A DNA stretch of 63,729 nt, counting the filler, from Corallochytrium limacisporum Hawaii (taxonomy: Eukaryota > Protista > Pluriformea), in assembly GCA_002811645.1 (NCBI GenBank). It is 5 parts of 5 records of this genome, joined end to end, with 100 filler letters (N's around TTAATTAATTAA, not from the genome) between each part and the next. Parts side by side here need not be neighbours in the genome. Positions count along the whole stretch, not along the records: positions 32,089 to 49,907 come from PDIP01000130.1; 4 more parts are not named here. One strand, given 5' to 3'. This document shows positions 32,414-44,850 of this stretch, one piece after another. The position numbers were made by a program, and so were the translations under genes. Numbering within the stretch: position 1 is the first letter of the stretch; each line of letters starts with the position of its first letter. Under the pieces are notes generated by a model that ran no database searches, was not told the DNA's origin, and saw nothing but the letters and a program-made list of their open reading frames with translations.

Positions 32414-33314
32414 TGAGATTTCTTCTCCATGCGTCATGCGCAATGCGTCCACAATTTTGACTTACAGCCGTTCTATGCTTATAACTCTATGCTTTAATGG
32501 ATTCACCATATACCATCGGTAATACAGTTTTATCGGGACTTGGAGGCTAGTGTCGTGCACCGAGCCGAATGAAAGAGTGGTGTCATCATATTAACAACGA
32601 TCCAAGTGTGAAGATGCGTCGGACTCGAGTTGTGATGATCGTGTAAACTGAGAGGCTCTGCTCAATGAGTGCGGAAACGTGTTTTGAATAAGAAATGAGT
32701 CCCTTTTCCGGTGTTTCGTCAGCCTCCCTTCCCCCAATTTCGCGGGGAGTCAGCAATGGGTGATATGGTGTTGACCAATCCCATCACATACTTGGACCGT
32801 TCACATGGTGTACTCAAAGTGATCTCAAACATTTTTCTCTCGGGCAAGTTTCCCTTTTAACAATAACCCACTGGAGCTAGCCACATCGGTTCGTGTCGCC
32901 CGCGGCGGAAAGTGGATATCCCCAAACCGCTCTCCTCTTCCCACCTACGTACAACTGTGTACCTTACGTCTAAATGACACGGCCGTAAGAAAACTTTAAG
33001 GTGCTTCGGACCCTTTCCTCGCTATGTTCAAGATTTTCCCGCCACTAGAGCTGAGAATCCTGAGTGAATGATTGGGAAACAATGTATGCTCGGATTGTTG
33101 TCATGATGGGGTTTTGCAATGCGTGCACGTTGTGGATCCCACTCGGCAGGTTTCCAGTTAAAGATGACGGGAGAGTATTGGATCGTCGCATACCAGAATA
33201 TTGCTGTGGGAGCGCTGTGGGAGCCCAGTGGGGGCATACTAGGTATGTATTGTCTTGTCTAATAGATGACACTGTGCAAACCTGAACGAGGCCTGTTTAC
33301 ACAATGCCGCCGGA

Positions 33315-35708
33315 TCACCAGCCGTGATCAAGATCAGCGCAAAGACCTCCAATGCACATGAGATCAGCACAGCAATCGCCGTCATGGCGGCATAATCCCA
33401 TCTTCCACCTGCAACCCCCTTTGCATTGTTTGCCATGAGCCGGACTAAACTGGATGCATTCGCCATCGCAGCAGTCAAAGTGGTTCGCGCATCTCCGCTC
33501 AGCGTCTGTGTCCTTTGCCCAACAAACCACGTGGGAGTCGGTGATATCAACATTGTATATAGCATTCTTGCAACCGAAGTGATTAGTATTGCATGTCTGA
33601 CCCGGAACGTTGAGATGGTGAGCTACGTTGAAGCTTTGCGGCATATTGCGAAGAGTCAAAACCGGCTCTCCGGTACCAGTAATCTGAATGATGTACCCTC
33701 CATCTACATATTCATATCTCAAGCCGCTGTAGAAGCTCAAGTAGTCTTTGCCACCAATTCCGTATGCCGATGGCATGATAGTTACAGTGTCTCCTTCCGC
33801 GGGGTTGAAATCTTCAACAATTGCGTGGCCACCATTGGCAATGAATTGATCCGCACCCCCACGGCCGGTCATACGAGCACTTCCACCAGGCCCCGAATAG
33901 AAGATGTTGTTAGAGTCGTCACCTTTCAACACATCAGAAAATAGAGTTCCCTCTATCCTTGCGTACTCGTTGACAAACCAATGTGCGTCACTGGTTGCCT
34001 CAATCTCCATTGCCTGAAGCTTTTGTACCGACGACGAACATTCCTGTTCATTCATCACATTACAAACTGTGGAGTATTTGAAGTCCCTATACTCGCCCTG
34101 GACGTTTAAGTCCACCATCAATGGTCCAACGGCTTCGGCATAGGACACTGTAAAACCTCGCCGGTCATAGGAAAAGTACTTGGTGAATTGGGTAGATCCC
34201 TTGACGGTCACGGCGGAGTCCGGGTAACTGAATTTTGCCTTTGGATCTATCACCACGGGCCACAGGCTTGTTTGGAAATGAGCACTCCAGTCCTTGGAGT
34301 AAAGCGAAATTACCTTCTTGATAAACTCAGTCATTGTGTCCAAGCGAGCAAATTGAGAAGAGTCTGGCTTTTCCAGGAAGAACTCATAACCATCAATGTG
34401 AATGTAGCCGAGAGCAATTTCGAACCATTCGCCAGTCTCGGGGTGGGGCTCAAAGAAAGCACTTCCGACGGCTTCAGTGTTCCATACTTCAGGCATCCAC
34501 ATGGTGCGGGGCCGCCATCTTTTCTCCTTACAGAAGGTCGGGACACCATCCACAGTTCCGGCGGAGCAGTCAACAGCGCACGCGGGACCGTTTGCACTGG
34601 AGCCGAAGCGTGTGCCGAGAGCATAGTCAAAGCCTTCATTTTCCACCTGAAAGCTTATAGGATTCTCTCTGTGCATGAATGTTAACAGCCATGGAGCGAC
34701 AAATAGTGTAAACCTGGCCCTTAACTTTTCATACGGTCCATGAAGGAAGTCCTCACGCAGATCGAAGTCATGAATCGCGGTCCCAACCAGGTCTTCATAT
34801 GAGTAGGATGACTGCATGATTTCCGTGATCCAGGCTGACATGTCACATTCACCATTCATCAGATCCGTCCAATGTGGGGAATCCCAGAAATTTTCAAGCA
34901 GATCGTGGAAGTCACATTGTCTATAGATACGATTGCGGCACCCTGGGTTTTCTACGCCCCATCCATGGCAAAATCCGGGACATGATTTTGAAGAGCAAGA
35001 GATCGGCTCACAACACGTTTGGTACGTTATACTAATGCTAGTGTAAGCTTCCGGAGTATGCGTGGTTGTAACAGACAACAGCTGGCCAGGATTTGCCATT
35101 GCCTCGGATGTCGGAATTTCTGGTTCGGGTGCACAGCAAGCCCAACTACGTTCATCCCAAGTACCCTGTGCTGCTTGTCTCACAGGCGCCGGCGGGGGGG
35201 GAGGTTTATACGTCCACATACGGATATTCGGTGTAAAGGACACTTTGTTGTTAACAATATCTGACATCGGTAGTGCTATTTCACAAGTTCCGTTCTCTTG
35301 ACATCGACATCCGTGACCCCCTGGACACTGTGTGCTGAAATCTCGGTAGTGTCCGTTCTTGTCTTCCACATACAGAATCCGCGAATCGAATTTCATTGCA
35401 CCGTTCCACTCAGATTCAGCCTTCCAGGAACCCATAAACTCAAGCCTTGCAGTGTCTTCCTTGCCATGTTTTCCTGTCCAACTGACATTGCCAACCCGAT
35501 ACAAACAGATTTGATCATCTGGTTCGGCGGAGTTATGTGATCGCTGTGTTTGATCACTGACTGTGATAGTTAGACTAGGGTCAGTTGTTGGATCTTCGAT
35601 CCTCTCTAAGGCATCCTTGGGTTCATTTTCAGGTGAAATGAATGAATTTGGTAAAGGAGATGCAAGTGCGGGGGCTACAAGAGCAAGCTGGAAAAGAAAA
35701 CGAAGCAT
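33315..35708 (-). CDS. Secreted protein with hemolysin-type Ca-binding (RTX/serralysin-C-like) region and two C-terminal knottin-like domains
   Basis: Signal peptide MLRFLFQLALVAPALA; GTLFSDVLKGDDSNNIFYSGPGG..MTGRGGADQF..IVEDFNPAEGD; two C-C-CC-C-C modules at the C-terminus. Confidence 0.8.
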   Translation of the reverse strand: MLRFLFQLALVAPALASPLPNSFISPENEPKDALERIEDPTTDPSLTITVSDQTQRSHNSAEPDDQICLYRVGNVSWTGKHGKEDTARLEFMGSWKAESEWNGAMKFDSRILYVEDKNGHYRDFSTQCPGGHGCRCQENGTCEIALPMSDIVNNKVSFTPNIRMWTYKPPPPPAPVRQAAQGTWDERSWACCAPEPEIPTSEAMANPGQLLSVTTTHTPEAYTSISITYQTCCEPISCSSKSCPGFCHGWGVENPGCRNRIYRQCDFHDLLENFWDSPHWTDLMNGECDMSAWITEIMQSSYSYEDLVGTAIHDFDLREDFLHGPYEKLRARFTLFVAPWLLTFMHRENPISFQVENEGFDYALGTRFGSSANGPACAVDCSAGTVDGVPTFCKEKRWRPRTMWMPEVWNTEAVGSAFFEPHPETGEWFEIALGYIHIDGYEFFLEKPDSSQFARLDTMTEFIKKVISLYSKDWSAHFQTSLWPVVIDPKAKFSYPDSAVTVKGSTQFTKYFSYDRRGFTVSYAEAVGPLMVDLNVQGEYRDFKYSTVCNVMNEQECSSSVQKLQAMEIEATSDAHWFVNEYARIEGTLFSDVLKGDDSNNIFYSGPGGSARMTGRGGADQFIANGGHAIVEDFNPAEGDTVTIMPSAYGIGGKDYLSFYSGLRYEYVDGGYIIQITGTGEPVLTLRNMPQSFNVAHHLNVPGQTCNTNHFGCKNAIYNVDITDSHVVCWAKDTDAERRCANHFDCCDGECIQFSPAHGKQCKGGCRWKMGLCRHDGDCCADLMCIGGLCADLDHGW

Positions 35709-38700
35709 ATTGGTGGCTGACAATAGCAAATACACAGGTGCGCAAGTCCTTCAGATGGTAAACTCAGAGTTGAGGTTTCTCGCATGGCCTTTAATACCTT
35801 GACTTCAGTTTACAGGAATCTATATTGATACAGGATTGTAGAAATCACACAATACCAGTAGGTGCAGACATGGCTAACTACACCACGTCACAGTGATCCA
35901 ACGTTGCTCTCGTTTCCCTTTCCCTTCCTTGGTACTTCCCTTTGTTCTTCTTTCGCTCTCGTGTGTGGTTTTGTAAGTTGAGAACAGTAATATCCAAATA
36001 CGATGAAAATGAAAGGACATACTGGAATAACCTCAATTTACTAAAGGGGTAGAAGGCCTATGACGGCGTCCACAGCACCAAGCAGTTGTCGTACGGCTAG
36101 GTTGACATTCAATGCAGTGTTTCTTAGCGTCTGTCGTTACTGCAGTCCGTCTGGTGTTGTCGCGGAATTATTTTCCTTGATCGTATTATTAGCATGCAAT
36201 GGTGGTGGCAGAATTGGGCTGAACATCGGTAGTGCTGGGGCATGGTTGAGGTCTTAGGTGGTGCTGAGGTCGAGCAGGAATCCTCGGTAGTGCTGCTGTT
36301 GTACAAGCCGGGAATCCGTCTGGGGCGGGTAACCTGCACAAACTGGTGCGCGAATGCTCTCACACATGGTGCTCATTTACGATGATGGCAGCCTTTGACA
36401 TATGAAGGAGATTTCACAGAACAGTGCAAACATGCTCATCTACCCGATATCTTCTTCAGCTTCTTTGCCCTTTGAGTGATAGTAGTGGTCCCCGACTAGG
36501 AATCAGGGCGGCCCCCAACTTCTTATCTCTTCTTGACTGTGTGTGGACCCTGGTCAGCTTCAAATCACAGCGCACCCAAAACACATGAGTTCTGTGGCGA
36601 GAACTTTGTATGGTCATTTCAGCAGAACTCTCACTATGGGACGAGGGGAGACATACAACTAACTCAGACTGCTGCGTATAGAAACTAACCCAATCATTTG
36701 ACGGTATCTGGCCACAGCATCTGGATATGGGGAGAGTTCCTGAACAAGGTGGCAACTGTATAACAATTGTCGTTCACCGCTAAAGATATTGCATTGTTGA
36801 GCTGTTCAAAGAGTATTAACTAAAAATGCTATCGTTTAGTATCGTAGTGTTAAGGTATCGGCGTTATTAACATTACCATACGTGAATATTTGCTCGCTGC
36901 GGGTATAGATTGTTTATGGCCATTTGTTAGCTGGACAATATGTCTATGCAGTCCTAATGCCAGGGCTACATGTGGACACAACTCTATACTGAGCTTTAGA
37001 TTTTGCCTGTAATGGACTCTTCCACTTACTTGAAAATCCTTGTGTTTCAGGCTCACGATGGTAATCAGAGAAAGCGATAGCAATTCATTGTCCGCCAAAA
37101 TCGTTCTGTTGCCTACTAGCTGGGATACGCGCGCTACTAAAGTTTACTTACCATCATCTTCGGCATCAGTGTCGGAACTTCGTTAACTAGAATAGCTACC
37201 ACTACCACCTACCCACAATCACTACTCTCGATTGATTAAAGAGCGTAAGGGGTAATCTCGATATCTAGGTTGTATTTTCCACTGCGGTATACCAAGACCA
37301 AAAAAATATGCATGATCTGAGAAATAGCAGGATCAGAAGATGCCTTCTCATACATTGAACGTCATCTTAGTAGTATAGAGACCTTGCCATTGCCACGCTA
37401 GCTTTGTCACCTCGAAAGGTATAGAGAGACTTACCCATTTGTGTGACAAATCACTGCGAATCAGCCACGCCCCCCCCTTTAAGTCGCACGCTCGATAATT
37501 AACATTCTCCATTTGGATAAAATGCGTTTTACAAACCTATTGTCTAATAAAAGACCCCCCCTGGGAGCAGTTCTTTGGAGGACACGCCAAAACACGCAGC
37601 TAGTAGTTCTTCCTCGAAGAATTCACTGTGAGGTTGTAAGATCATCACAATCACGGCGGACAACATGTGCACAACACACTGTTGGTGTTGCTAGTAGATT
37701 CGAGAACAGAGCATGTTCGCACATGCAAAAGAGTACTTTCAGATCACCGGCGCAGAGACAGCACTCTTGCGGGTTGATTTTGACACCGGATGAACCAATG
37801 CAAACCAGGACAGCTGATTAATAAGTCACGCAATGGAATTGCCCTCAGTGACATCAATACTTACCAAAGAATTTGCTTGGGGTACAAGGTTACTACACTA
37901 GAAGATGCCTTAAGATATTCTTAAGCATTGCTTACTGGAAGAAGCACAAAGCGAAGAGCTGGCCATGTGTTGGACTCTCGGGCACATGCGTTCACTTGCG
38001 CTGGGTTGCAAATCAGGAGCCGACTGCGGGATGGGCAATAAACAGTGCCCAAGACATTGAGAATGCTGTACAATGGTCGTATCATAGGTGGCCATTACCG
38101 GTATCTTTCGTATACATGGTAGCTCCGTTCATGATTAACATGGGAACAAGAGCGATATCTGTGTCATGAGCCGTGCCCCAGAATTGCATGTTACCCTCGC
38201 CTCAACCACCGAACGCGGAGTTGAACGCAACGAAGCGATTCAGTACGGTGACATTGAATTTTCCACAGCTGCCTTGACGACAGAGAGGGAGGCAGATCCA
38301 CCGTAACAGATTTAGATGGCCGTGACTGACCCACAGCATTCACGGCAGTCACCCGGTAGCTGTTTCCACTTTCGAGATTAGAATCGATGTACGGTTGATA
38401 GCCGTATTCTTCCGTGACTGTGCCGATAAATTTGAAACAATTTCCACAACATCGCGGGCCAGCATCTACAACTTACCATTGTTTCCCATAGGCCATGTAT
38501 TGCGGGTCACTGCGAGTGGAGTATACGGACCATATCACAACAGATTGAAAGGGGCATTAGCGCAAATGTTAAACCTCCTGGCCTACTTGCCTTAATACTT
38601 ACTGATGTGGTCTTCCACTGTATAGTGGATACCGTGCCAGTTCGTTTGCGATTGCGGATACGAATGTGTCCGTCATCACAGTCCTTGGTGATGTTTGTGA

Positions 38701-39098
38701 CTCAATACCCAAAGGTGGCTTATCTCAGACGGTGTACCTGACCAAAGCAAAGCTTTCGGGTTGAGGCGCAACCTGTTCTGTGCACTCGCGTCCACGCATT
38801 GAAGTATGTTGAGCTCGGTGGATGGCAAGAGGGGAAACCCTTAGCCAAGCAGGCCACTTGGTGGATGGTAGGGAGAGAGCACGAATGATGCACACACACT
38901 TATTTGTCTCAGCAAGGACACATCAGCGTCCTCACTAAGCCTCGCCAATATAACTACAGGAGCCGGTTTAACTATACATAACAGTTTTCTAGGGCATAAA
39001 TTAGAAATGATGTACGAGCATCGAAAGCGGTCCTTCCACCGATTCAGGTCATCGCACCAGACCTAGTTGGCGACTTAGACATCGGAATTTCATAGTAG

Positions 39099-39296
39099 TT
39101 AGTTACCATCAGGTAACTGTTTTGGGATGCCTTTTTCACATCTGAATACGGGAGAATGCTTCACGTTAAACGAACAGTAATACTCGTCACAGCAGGAGTG
39201 CCAGACACAGTTGGCATGCTCACCTACACATGCATCGGCTCCAATGGACATGAAGAGGGCAACAGATATTAGAAGAAAGAGATCAAACACTCTCAT
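39099..39296 (-). CDS. Small secreted inhibitor-cystine-knot (knottin) peptide, 65 aa
   Basis: Signal peptide MRVFDLFLLISVALFMSIGADA followed by C-x6-C-x4-CC-x4-C-x11-C; TATA-like box 126 bp upstream. Confidence 0.75.
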   Translation of the reverse strand: MRVFDLFLLISVALFMSIGADACVGEHANCVWHSCCDEYYCSFNVKHSPVFRCEKGIPKQLPDGN

Positions 39297-40643
39297 GCTT
39301 ATGTAGTCAAGTACACTCCGTGGCTTGGTTTTCCTTTTATCTCGGTTGTGTAAGGAAAAGTGAGATGGTGCAGAACGATCCTCTGAATCGTGTTGTGCAT
39401 GCATTCTGCTCAAGCTCATATACCTTCCCGTATCTTTGGAGTTTGGTAAGTTGTAGATAGTGTGCTCCAAACGATGCCTCCAAAGTATCCTCCAATTTTC
39501 CCAGAATTGTTGGCATCAAGCATGAAAGGATTGTTCCCAACTCATCAACCATGAAGACGATCTATCCCAACCGATCAACCGACCTACCTGCAATACGCAT
39601 ACAAGAATTGGGCACATTCCCTCTTCTCCCCTCCATTCTACTTCTATTCTTGCGTCGGACTACTGACCTCCGACATTTGCGCACGTTGTTCCTTGCCCAA
39701 GCTCTCTTTCTTGTTGCTGGACGCGGGCGCATGAATTTATTGACACCAAGACTCGATATGTTATAAGGAGTCGTCGCCTTCAAATTACATTGCCAACTGC
39801 ATCAGGTGCATTCGTCACGGATACGTTTGAGACTGTAACTTCGTCAGTACTATGTAATTATACCAATTGAGAGCGCAAATGGGAAGCAGCTCTGAAAGTC
39901 CTTGGACAAGATGGCACAAGGCACGATATCAATGATGTAGCCATTCGTACCAGTCAGTTGCCCCGGAAATGCATATGAGATTCAGCTCGAGTACGAGGGA
40001 CTTGCTTTAAAGAACTCAGAAAATATTCTCGGAATTATGAGTCATTTCCATTGTCCGAGCGCTTGTGCCATTTACATTTTCATTGATATCAACACACAAA
40101 TCCAGGAAATCACTATATATAGGATAATGACAGGCTTCCTAATTGCAAACTGTGCCATAATATCCATAGAGTGACTGCTTGCTTGCGAGAGAACTCGTTC
40201 TTTGTCCTCCTCCAATGAAGCTATTTATGGCGGTCAGCAAGTCCGACCATTCCTGTGACCAGAGTGGTTTGCCGTAGTCAGCGTCGGGGAGTTGAGGTAG
40301 TATACTTGCAGCGGCCCCTATGCTGATGAATGAACTGCGAGCTAAGCGTTTTCCAGATAACTTTCCTGATTTCTTCTCACAGGTGTACATTTGGACACAT
40401 CGTTCATCGAACGAGGAGCAACAAAGGAGTAACCGAGGGACTTGACACGAATGGAGGCTGTGTTTGCGACGTCGACTGGAAGCCCGTCCTATCCGCCCCC
40501 AAGTGACAAGAGGAACGCAAGAAACACCTTAAACGCAAATGCTTCTGGACAAAAAGACAAGTTTTATGTCAATAGAGAAGAAAGGACAAACCATAGGCGT
40601 GAGCTGTGACAATCATAGACAACTGGGCTGGGTCGGATGCTCA

Positions 40644-40778
40644 GAGTCCTCGTAGTATGCGTCGCTGGAGGACAAAGTGGCCTCAATGTGATTGATGTAT
40701 TGAGTCACGTTGAAAAGGGCACCCTCAGAAACCCGCACTGAGTACTCATTGGCCACTTTCTGAGAAGTAGATTCCGTC
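40644..40778 (-). pseudogene. Out-of-frame fragment of a paralogous ETX/MTX2 toxin gene
   Basis: Translates to TESTSQKVANEYSVRVSEGALFNVTQYINHIEATLSSSDAYYEDS, matching TESTSQEVASDYEVRVPEGAIVNVTHYINQIEATLSYTNDVYYKDS at about 41080-41217. Confidence 0.8.
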
Positions 40779-42086
40779 ACTACAAGTATGCTCGGCCGGG
40801 TGCGCCATCGCGTCCTGTTCATCGCAAGTGGAGACCTCGGAAGCTTGGCAGGCGTTGGTAATGGTGCGAATAGACATACCTTGCGTGGAGACGGCAGTCC
40901 CCTGGACGGAGGCGACGAAGAGAGAGTCGACGAAGACGGAGTCAAAGGTAACGCCCATGGTCTCTCCAGCCAAGTAGACGAGGTTCTTTAGGTCTTTAAA
41001 GGTAGCAGTGGGTGGTTTGGGATAGCTAGCTCCCACATAGTGATAGACCGAGGTACTCAGGTAGACATCTACAAGAGTGGAGTCCTTGTAGTAAACGTCG
41101 TTGGTGTAGGACAAAGTAGCCTCGATTTGGTTGATATAATGAGTCACGTTGACAATGGCACCCTCAGGGACCCGCACTTCATAGTCACTGGCCACTTCCT
41201 GAGAGGTCGATTCGGTCTTAGTGGTGGAGGAAGTGATGCTGGCCTCCGTGGTGTCCTCAAAGCCAAACTCGACTTCCTCACTGTACTCTGCTCCCATACC
41301 AGCAAACTCAGCCTTAGCAGTAGCACTCATGGTTACGGAGCTGTTGATGGTGAAGCTGTTGGAGATTGCGCGCTCGGAGGTGGCCGAGGATGAGACCTGG
41401 ACGTCCCTTTTGTAGCTATAATGGTCCGTGGCGCAGGGCTTCAATCCGTTGTGGGTGCTTATTTCATGCTCAACGTACTCGGGTTTTTCCCTGTATTCTA
41501 CATTCCACCAAGTAACTGCAGCGTGGTCAGGCTCAGTCCCTTTCCTGTCTTTGGACAAGTTGTAGTCCCCGTCAATTGGGAAGCTCACAGCAAGAGGTAC
41601 ATCATCTGCCTGGCTACCCGTGGCGCAGGCATCCACGCTAGTACCACCCATGACCGCGTTCAGCTGGGTTTTATACGCTGCCACAGCTTCTGAGCTTGCT
41701 GATTCATCGTAGAAGGGAGCTTGCAGAATTGGACCGACCAGGCCGTTCATTTTCTTGAGCACACCAACCCAGGCTGACTCCGCGTCGACATCCTCAGTGC
41801 CATCCATGTATCGTCCCTGTAAGTCCGCGATGTAATTTTCCAAGTCATCCTTGTTCTCCGCAAAGTCTTGGGCTATAGGAGTGGTATCGCAAAGAGCCAA
41901 CCGTAACAGGTCCCACTCTCTATCCCCTTCGTGAGGGTTCATGATGGAGGACACGTCACAGACACCCCAGGTACTCCTGCATTCCCCGGGAAGAGGAGTT
42001 GCTTGCACAGGGCCGGCGGTAGCAGCATGGGCAGCGAGGGTCAGGCTGGCAATGAGATTGGTAGTCTTGGTGAAATTGATGTCCAT
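40746..42086 (-). CDS. Aerolysin/ETX-MTX2-family beta-pore-forming toxin-like secreted protein
   Basis: Signal peptide; Ser/Thr-rich alternating strands around an amphipathic hairpin (SSVTMSATAKAEFAGMGAEYSEEVEFGFE), then the V.VP motif and a C-terminal VQGT strand. Confidence 0.8.
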   Translation of the reverse strand: MDINFTKTTNLIASLTLAAHAATAGPVQATPLPGECRSTWGVCDVSSIMNPHEGDREWDLLRLALCDTTPIAQDFAENKDDLENYIADLQGRYMDGTEDVDAESAWVGVLKKMNGLVGPILQAPFYDESASSEAVAAYKTQLNAVMGGTSVDACATGSQADDVPLAVSFPIDGDYNLSKDRKGTEPDHAAVTWWNVEYREKPEYVEHEISTHNGLKPCATDHYSYKRDVQVSSSATSERAISNSFTINSSVTMSATAKAEFAGMGAEYSEEVEFGFEDTTEASITSSTTKTESTSQEVASDYEVRVPEGAIVNVTHYINQIEATLSYTNDVYYKDSTLVDVYLSTSVYHYVGASYPKPPTATFKDLKNLVYLAGETMGVTFDSVFVDSLFVASVQGTAVSTQGMSIRTITNACQASEVSTCDEQDAMAHPAEHTCSDGIYFSESGQ

Positions 42087-44850
42087 GTTGTTGGTTTTCT
42101 TTCTAGATTGTTAAGCACGAATCAAAGATACTGGCTGGATAATTATTTACCGCAGATAGTGGACTACAACACCTCTGGTCATTTCCTCATGGGATCGCGA
42201 TCATATAAATACCTTTTTAGTCGACTTGAGGGACAGGGTGGATAGCATCTTTTAATTTTCAAAAAAAGCACAACCGCTGTTTTGTGAGAGCGACAGCATG
42301 CATCAGGAACACCCGTGATGCGCAGGAATTGAAATCTAATCGGACGGCGGCCCATTGGCACACTAGGCCACCATTCCCCGTGAGCGCCATGCATGACTGG
42401 TGGAACTAATTCCAAAGAGTTGTGAGTGCTCTAGTCAGTTATCAAGAAAGGGAGATAAAGCCGTTGGCACAAAGTCATCGCAGAGTGCAGTGACGAAATA
42501 AGATACGCATGGAACGCTTTAGGTGATGGTACACCCTGCTCTCATATGCCTACCACTTTGCTGCGCGAGCCCCTTGCTACCCAGCCTTTCCCCTCCCCGT
42601 TTGAAGCGGGTTGGTCGGCCAGATCCGATTGCCATAACACGGTGACCCCCGGTACCAGGCCACTGATAACCCCGTTCTTTCGTGGAAATGCACGGTATTA
42701 CGTTCCATTCCAGTAGGTCGAAATCGTGCACAGTCCCGCCTCTCAATAGTGGCACCATAGAAGACTCGGACGTCACATCACATCTTCACTTGTAGGAAGA
42801 GTGTACGTTGTGTGCCCCGTCCGAAGCGTTAACAGATCATTGGACAGCGCAGCGAGCATTCCTAGCATCAAAATCTCCATCGTGGCTGTGGCAAGTGGGA
42901 TGGAAGCGGGTGTTTTGCTATAACAGGCAATATCGCACCGCATGAAGGTCGAAGGTCATGCTTATTCAGAATGGCTCTGCGCTCTACGTCAAAGAGCTAG
43001 TGCGTTAACTGAGACATTACCGGAAGCTAAAGACAGTCCTGGTGAGATCAATTCACTAGAGTTTCTTTCGTTGTGGAAGACCCACCATGAAGCATCCCTG
43101 AGTCAGAGTTACTTCCTGCACAGGGTGGCAGCACTCTTTGGCCTTCTGCTCGAATCACCAAGGATGTCAACAGGTCTGCCAATGGGTTGTTGTTGGACTC
43201 AAGAATTTGCCCTGCCACAGAGATGGAAGGGAACTTATTCCTGGTCATGTTTGATACTGTCTGCGGAGCATGTCAGCGATAGGAGTTCGGATCTGACAAA
43301 ATTGTGAGTTAGTTTGGCTCCAACAAGGTATGGATGGCGCTTCCAAATAGTGGACATGGCAAATTACGTGACGCAATACTTTCGTGTCCAGTATATTCTC
43401 GACGGGATCAATAAATTGGATGCCCACGTATATGTACGAAATCACTTCGTCATTGGCGGTTATCGTATCATCGAACACAGCAACCCACTCGTCTTGGGTT
43501 TGTTTAGATTGACTTATTCTCTTTATCGGACCTTAGCTGCGCAAGGCGTTGGGTTTGGATTGTTTTTCTTGAGTGTCAAACACGTAGGACATAGGAGAGA
43601 AGTGGACTACTCACAACCCATTGCTTACGAGGGGCTTATAGCCGTGCTGCTCCTGTGTATGCTACCTAATGACCATTGCCATACAGCTTAGAGGCAGAAT
43701 ATCCTTTACTTACCCTACATCTTGATTATGCTATGCAGAAATCTCTAAAGATCCACGGCCTTCGCAGCTCTGAGGTGTGCAAAGATAACATAGAATTTTA
43801 TCTCAAGTCAACGGAGGCTAAGTTCATGTAGGGGGGGGGGTTGGACACGCACCCGCCCCGATGAAGGAATTCCTTCCTTCCATAGCAATTGTCCTCCAGA
43901 CAGTTGTCAGATCTGTTTGGCAGAGCGAATTACAGGAAAGGACGGGACGACGCAAGTTACAGCGAGGACAGTTGATACGCTCCGTGAGCGCTGATGGTTT
44001 GTGAACAGCATCTTCACCCGTCACAGCGTACCAATTGGTCGAAACCGGCTCCCAATGTACTCTAAATGATGCTGATCCATGGATCTACCACCTGTGCTAG
44101 TGCAAGTGCTTCGTAGAGCAGGCCCAGAAAGAAGGGCGGTGCGTTGTAACAGTGTGCTGTAGAGGAGTTAAAGTAGCTGTAAGAAAAAAAAACGAAAAAA
44201 AAAACCACCAACATCAGGAATTCCCATCTGGTCTCCCACGATGGTACTAACCTGACCCGACGTTGCTTATCTTCAGGGATCAGACGGGACCTGGAGCGTT
44301 CAACGTGGTTTGATCGGTGATGGAAATGGAGGGAAATATTTGCTATATATAATAAAGATATAGAAGGCAATGCGAGTAACCTCAACTCTGAATACATTTT
44401 TGGCAGTTTCGAGCACATCGTGCACACACTCGGTTGTGATGTAGGCTCCCCAGGGATAGAATAGATATTCTGCGTGGAACTGGCTGTGATGGTCTACACG
44501 GTGGTGGGCAATGAAGATATGATCATGGATACCGATTATGGATTTCAATGCGAGCCTGGGCGATGTACACAAGGTCGACCCAGATTCTTATGACATATAT
44601 GGGAAGGACAGCCAAGGGTTCTGCTTTTCACGGTACGTGTGTGCAGACGGTGACTACCATGTCACTGCCCTCAAAATGGCCTCAGCTTGATCCAAACCGT
44701 GGCCACCCTAGAGACTGGCGGCCCGAATCCCAAAAGTTTACCCATCTTATGGATGTATACCTGCGATACTCGGGTGGCTACGCAAAGTATGCAACAAAAG
44801 GTAGTCTGTTGCACGCCAGTGGCGTGGCACCCAATGCATTTGCTACAACA

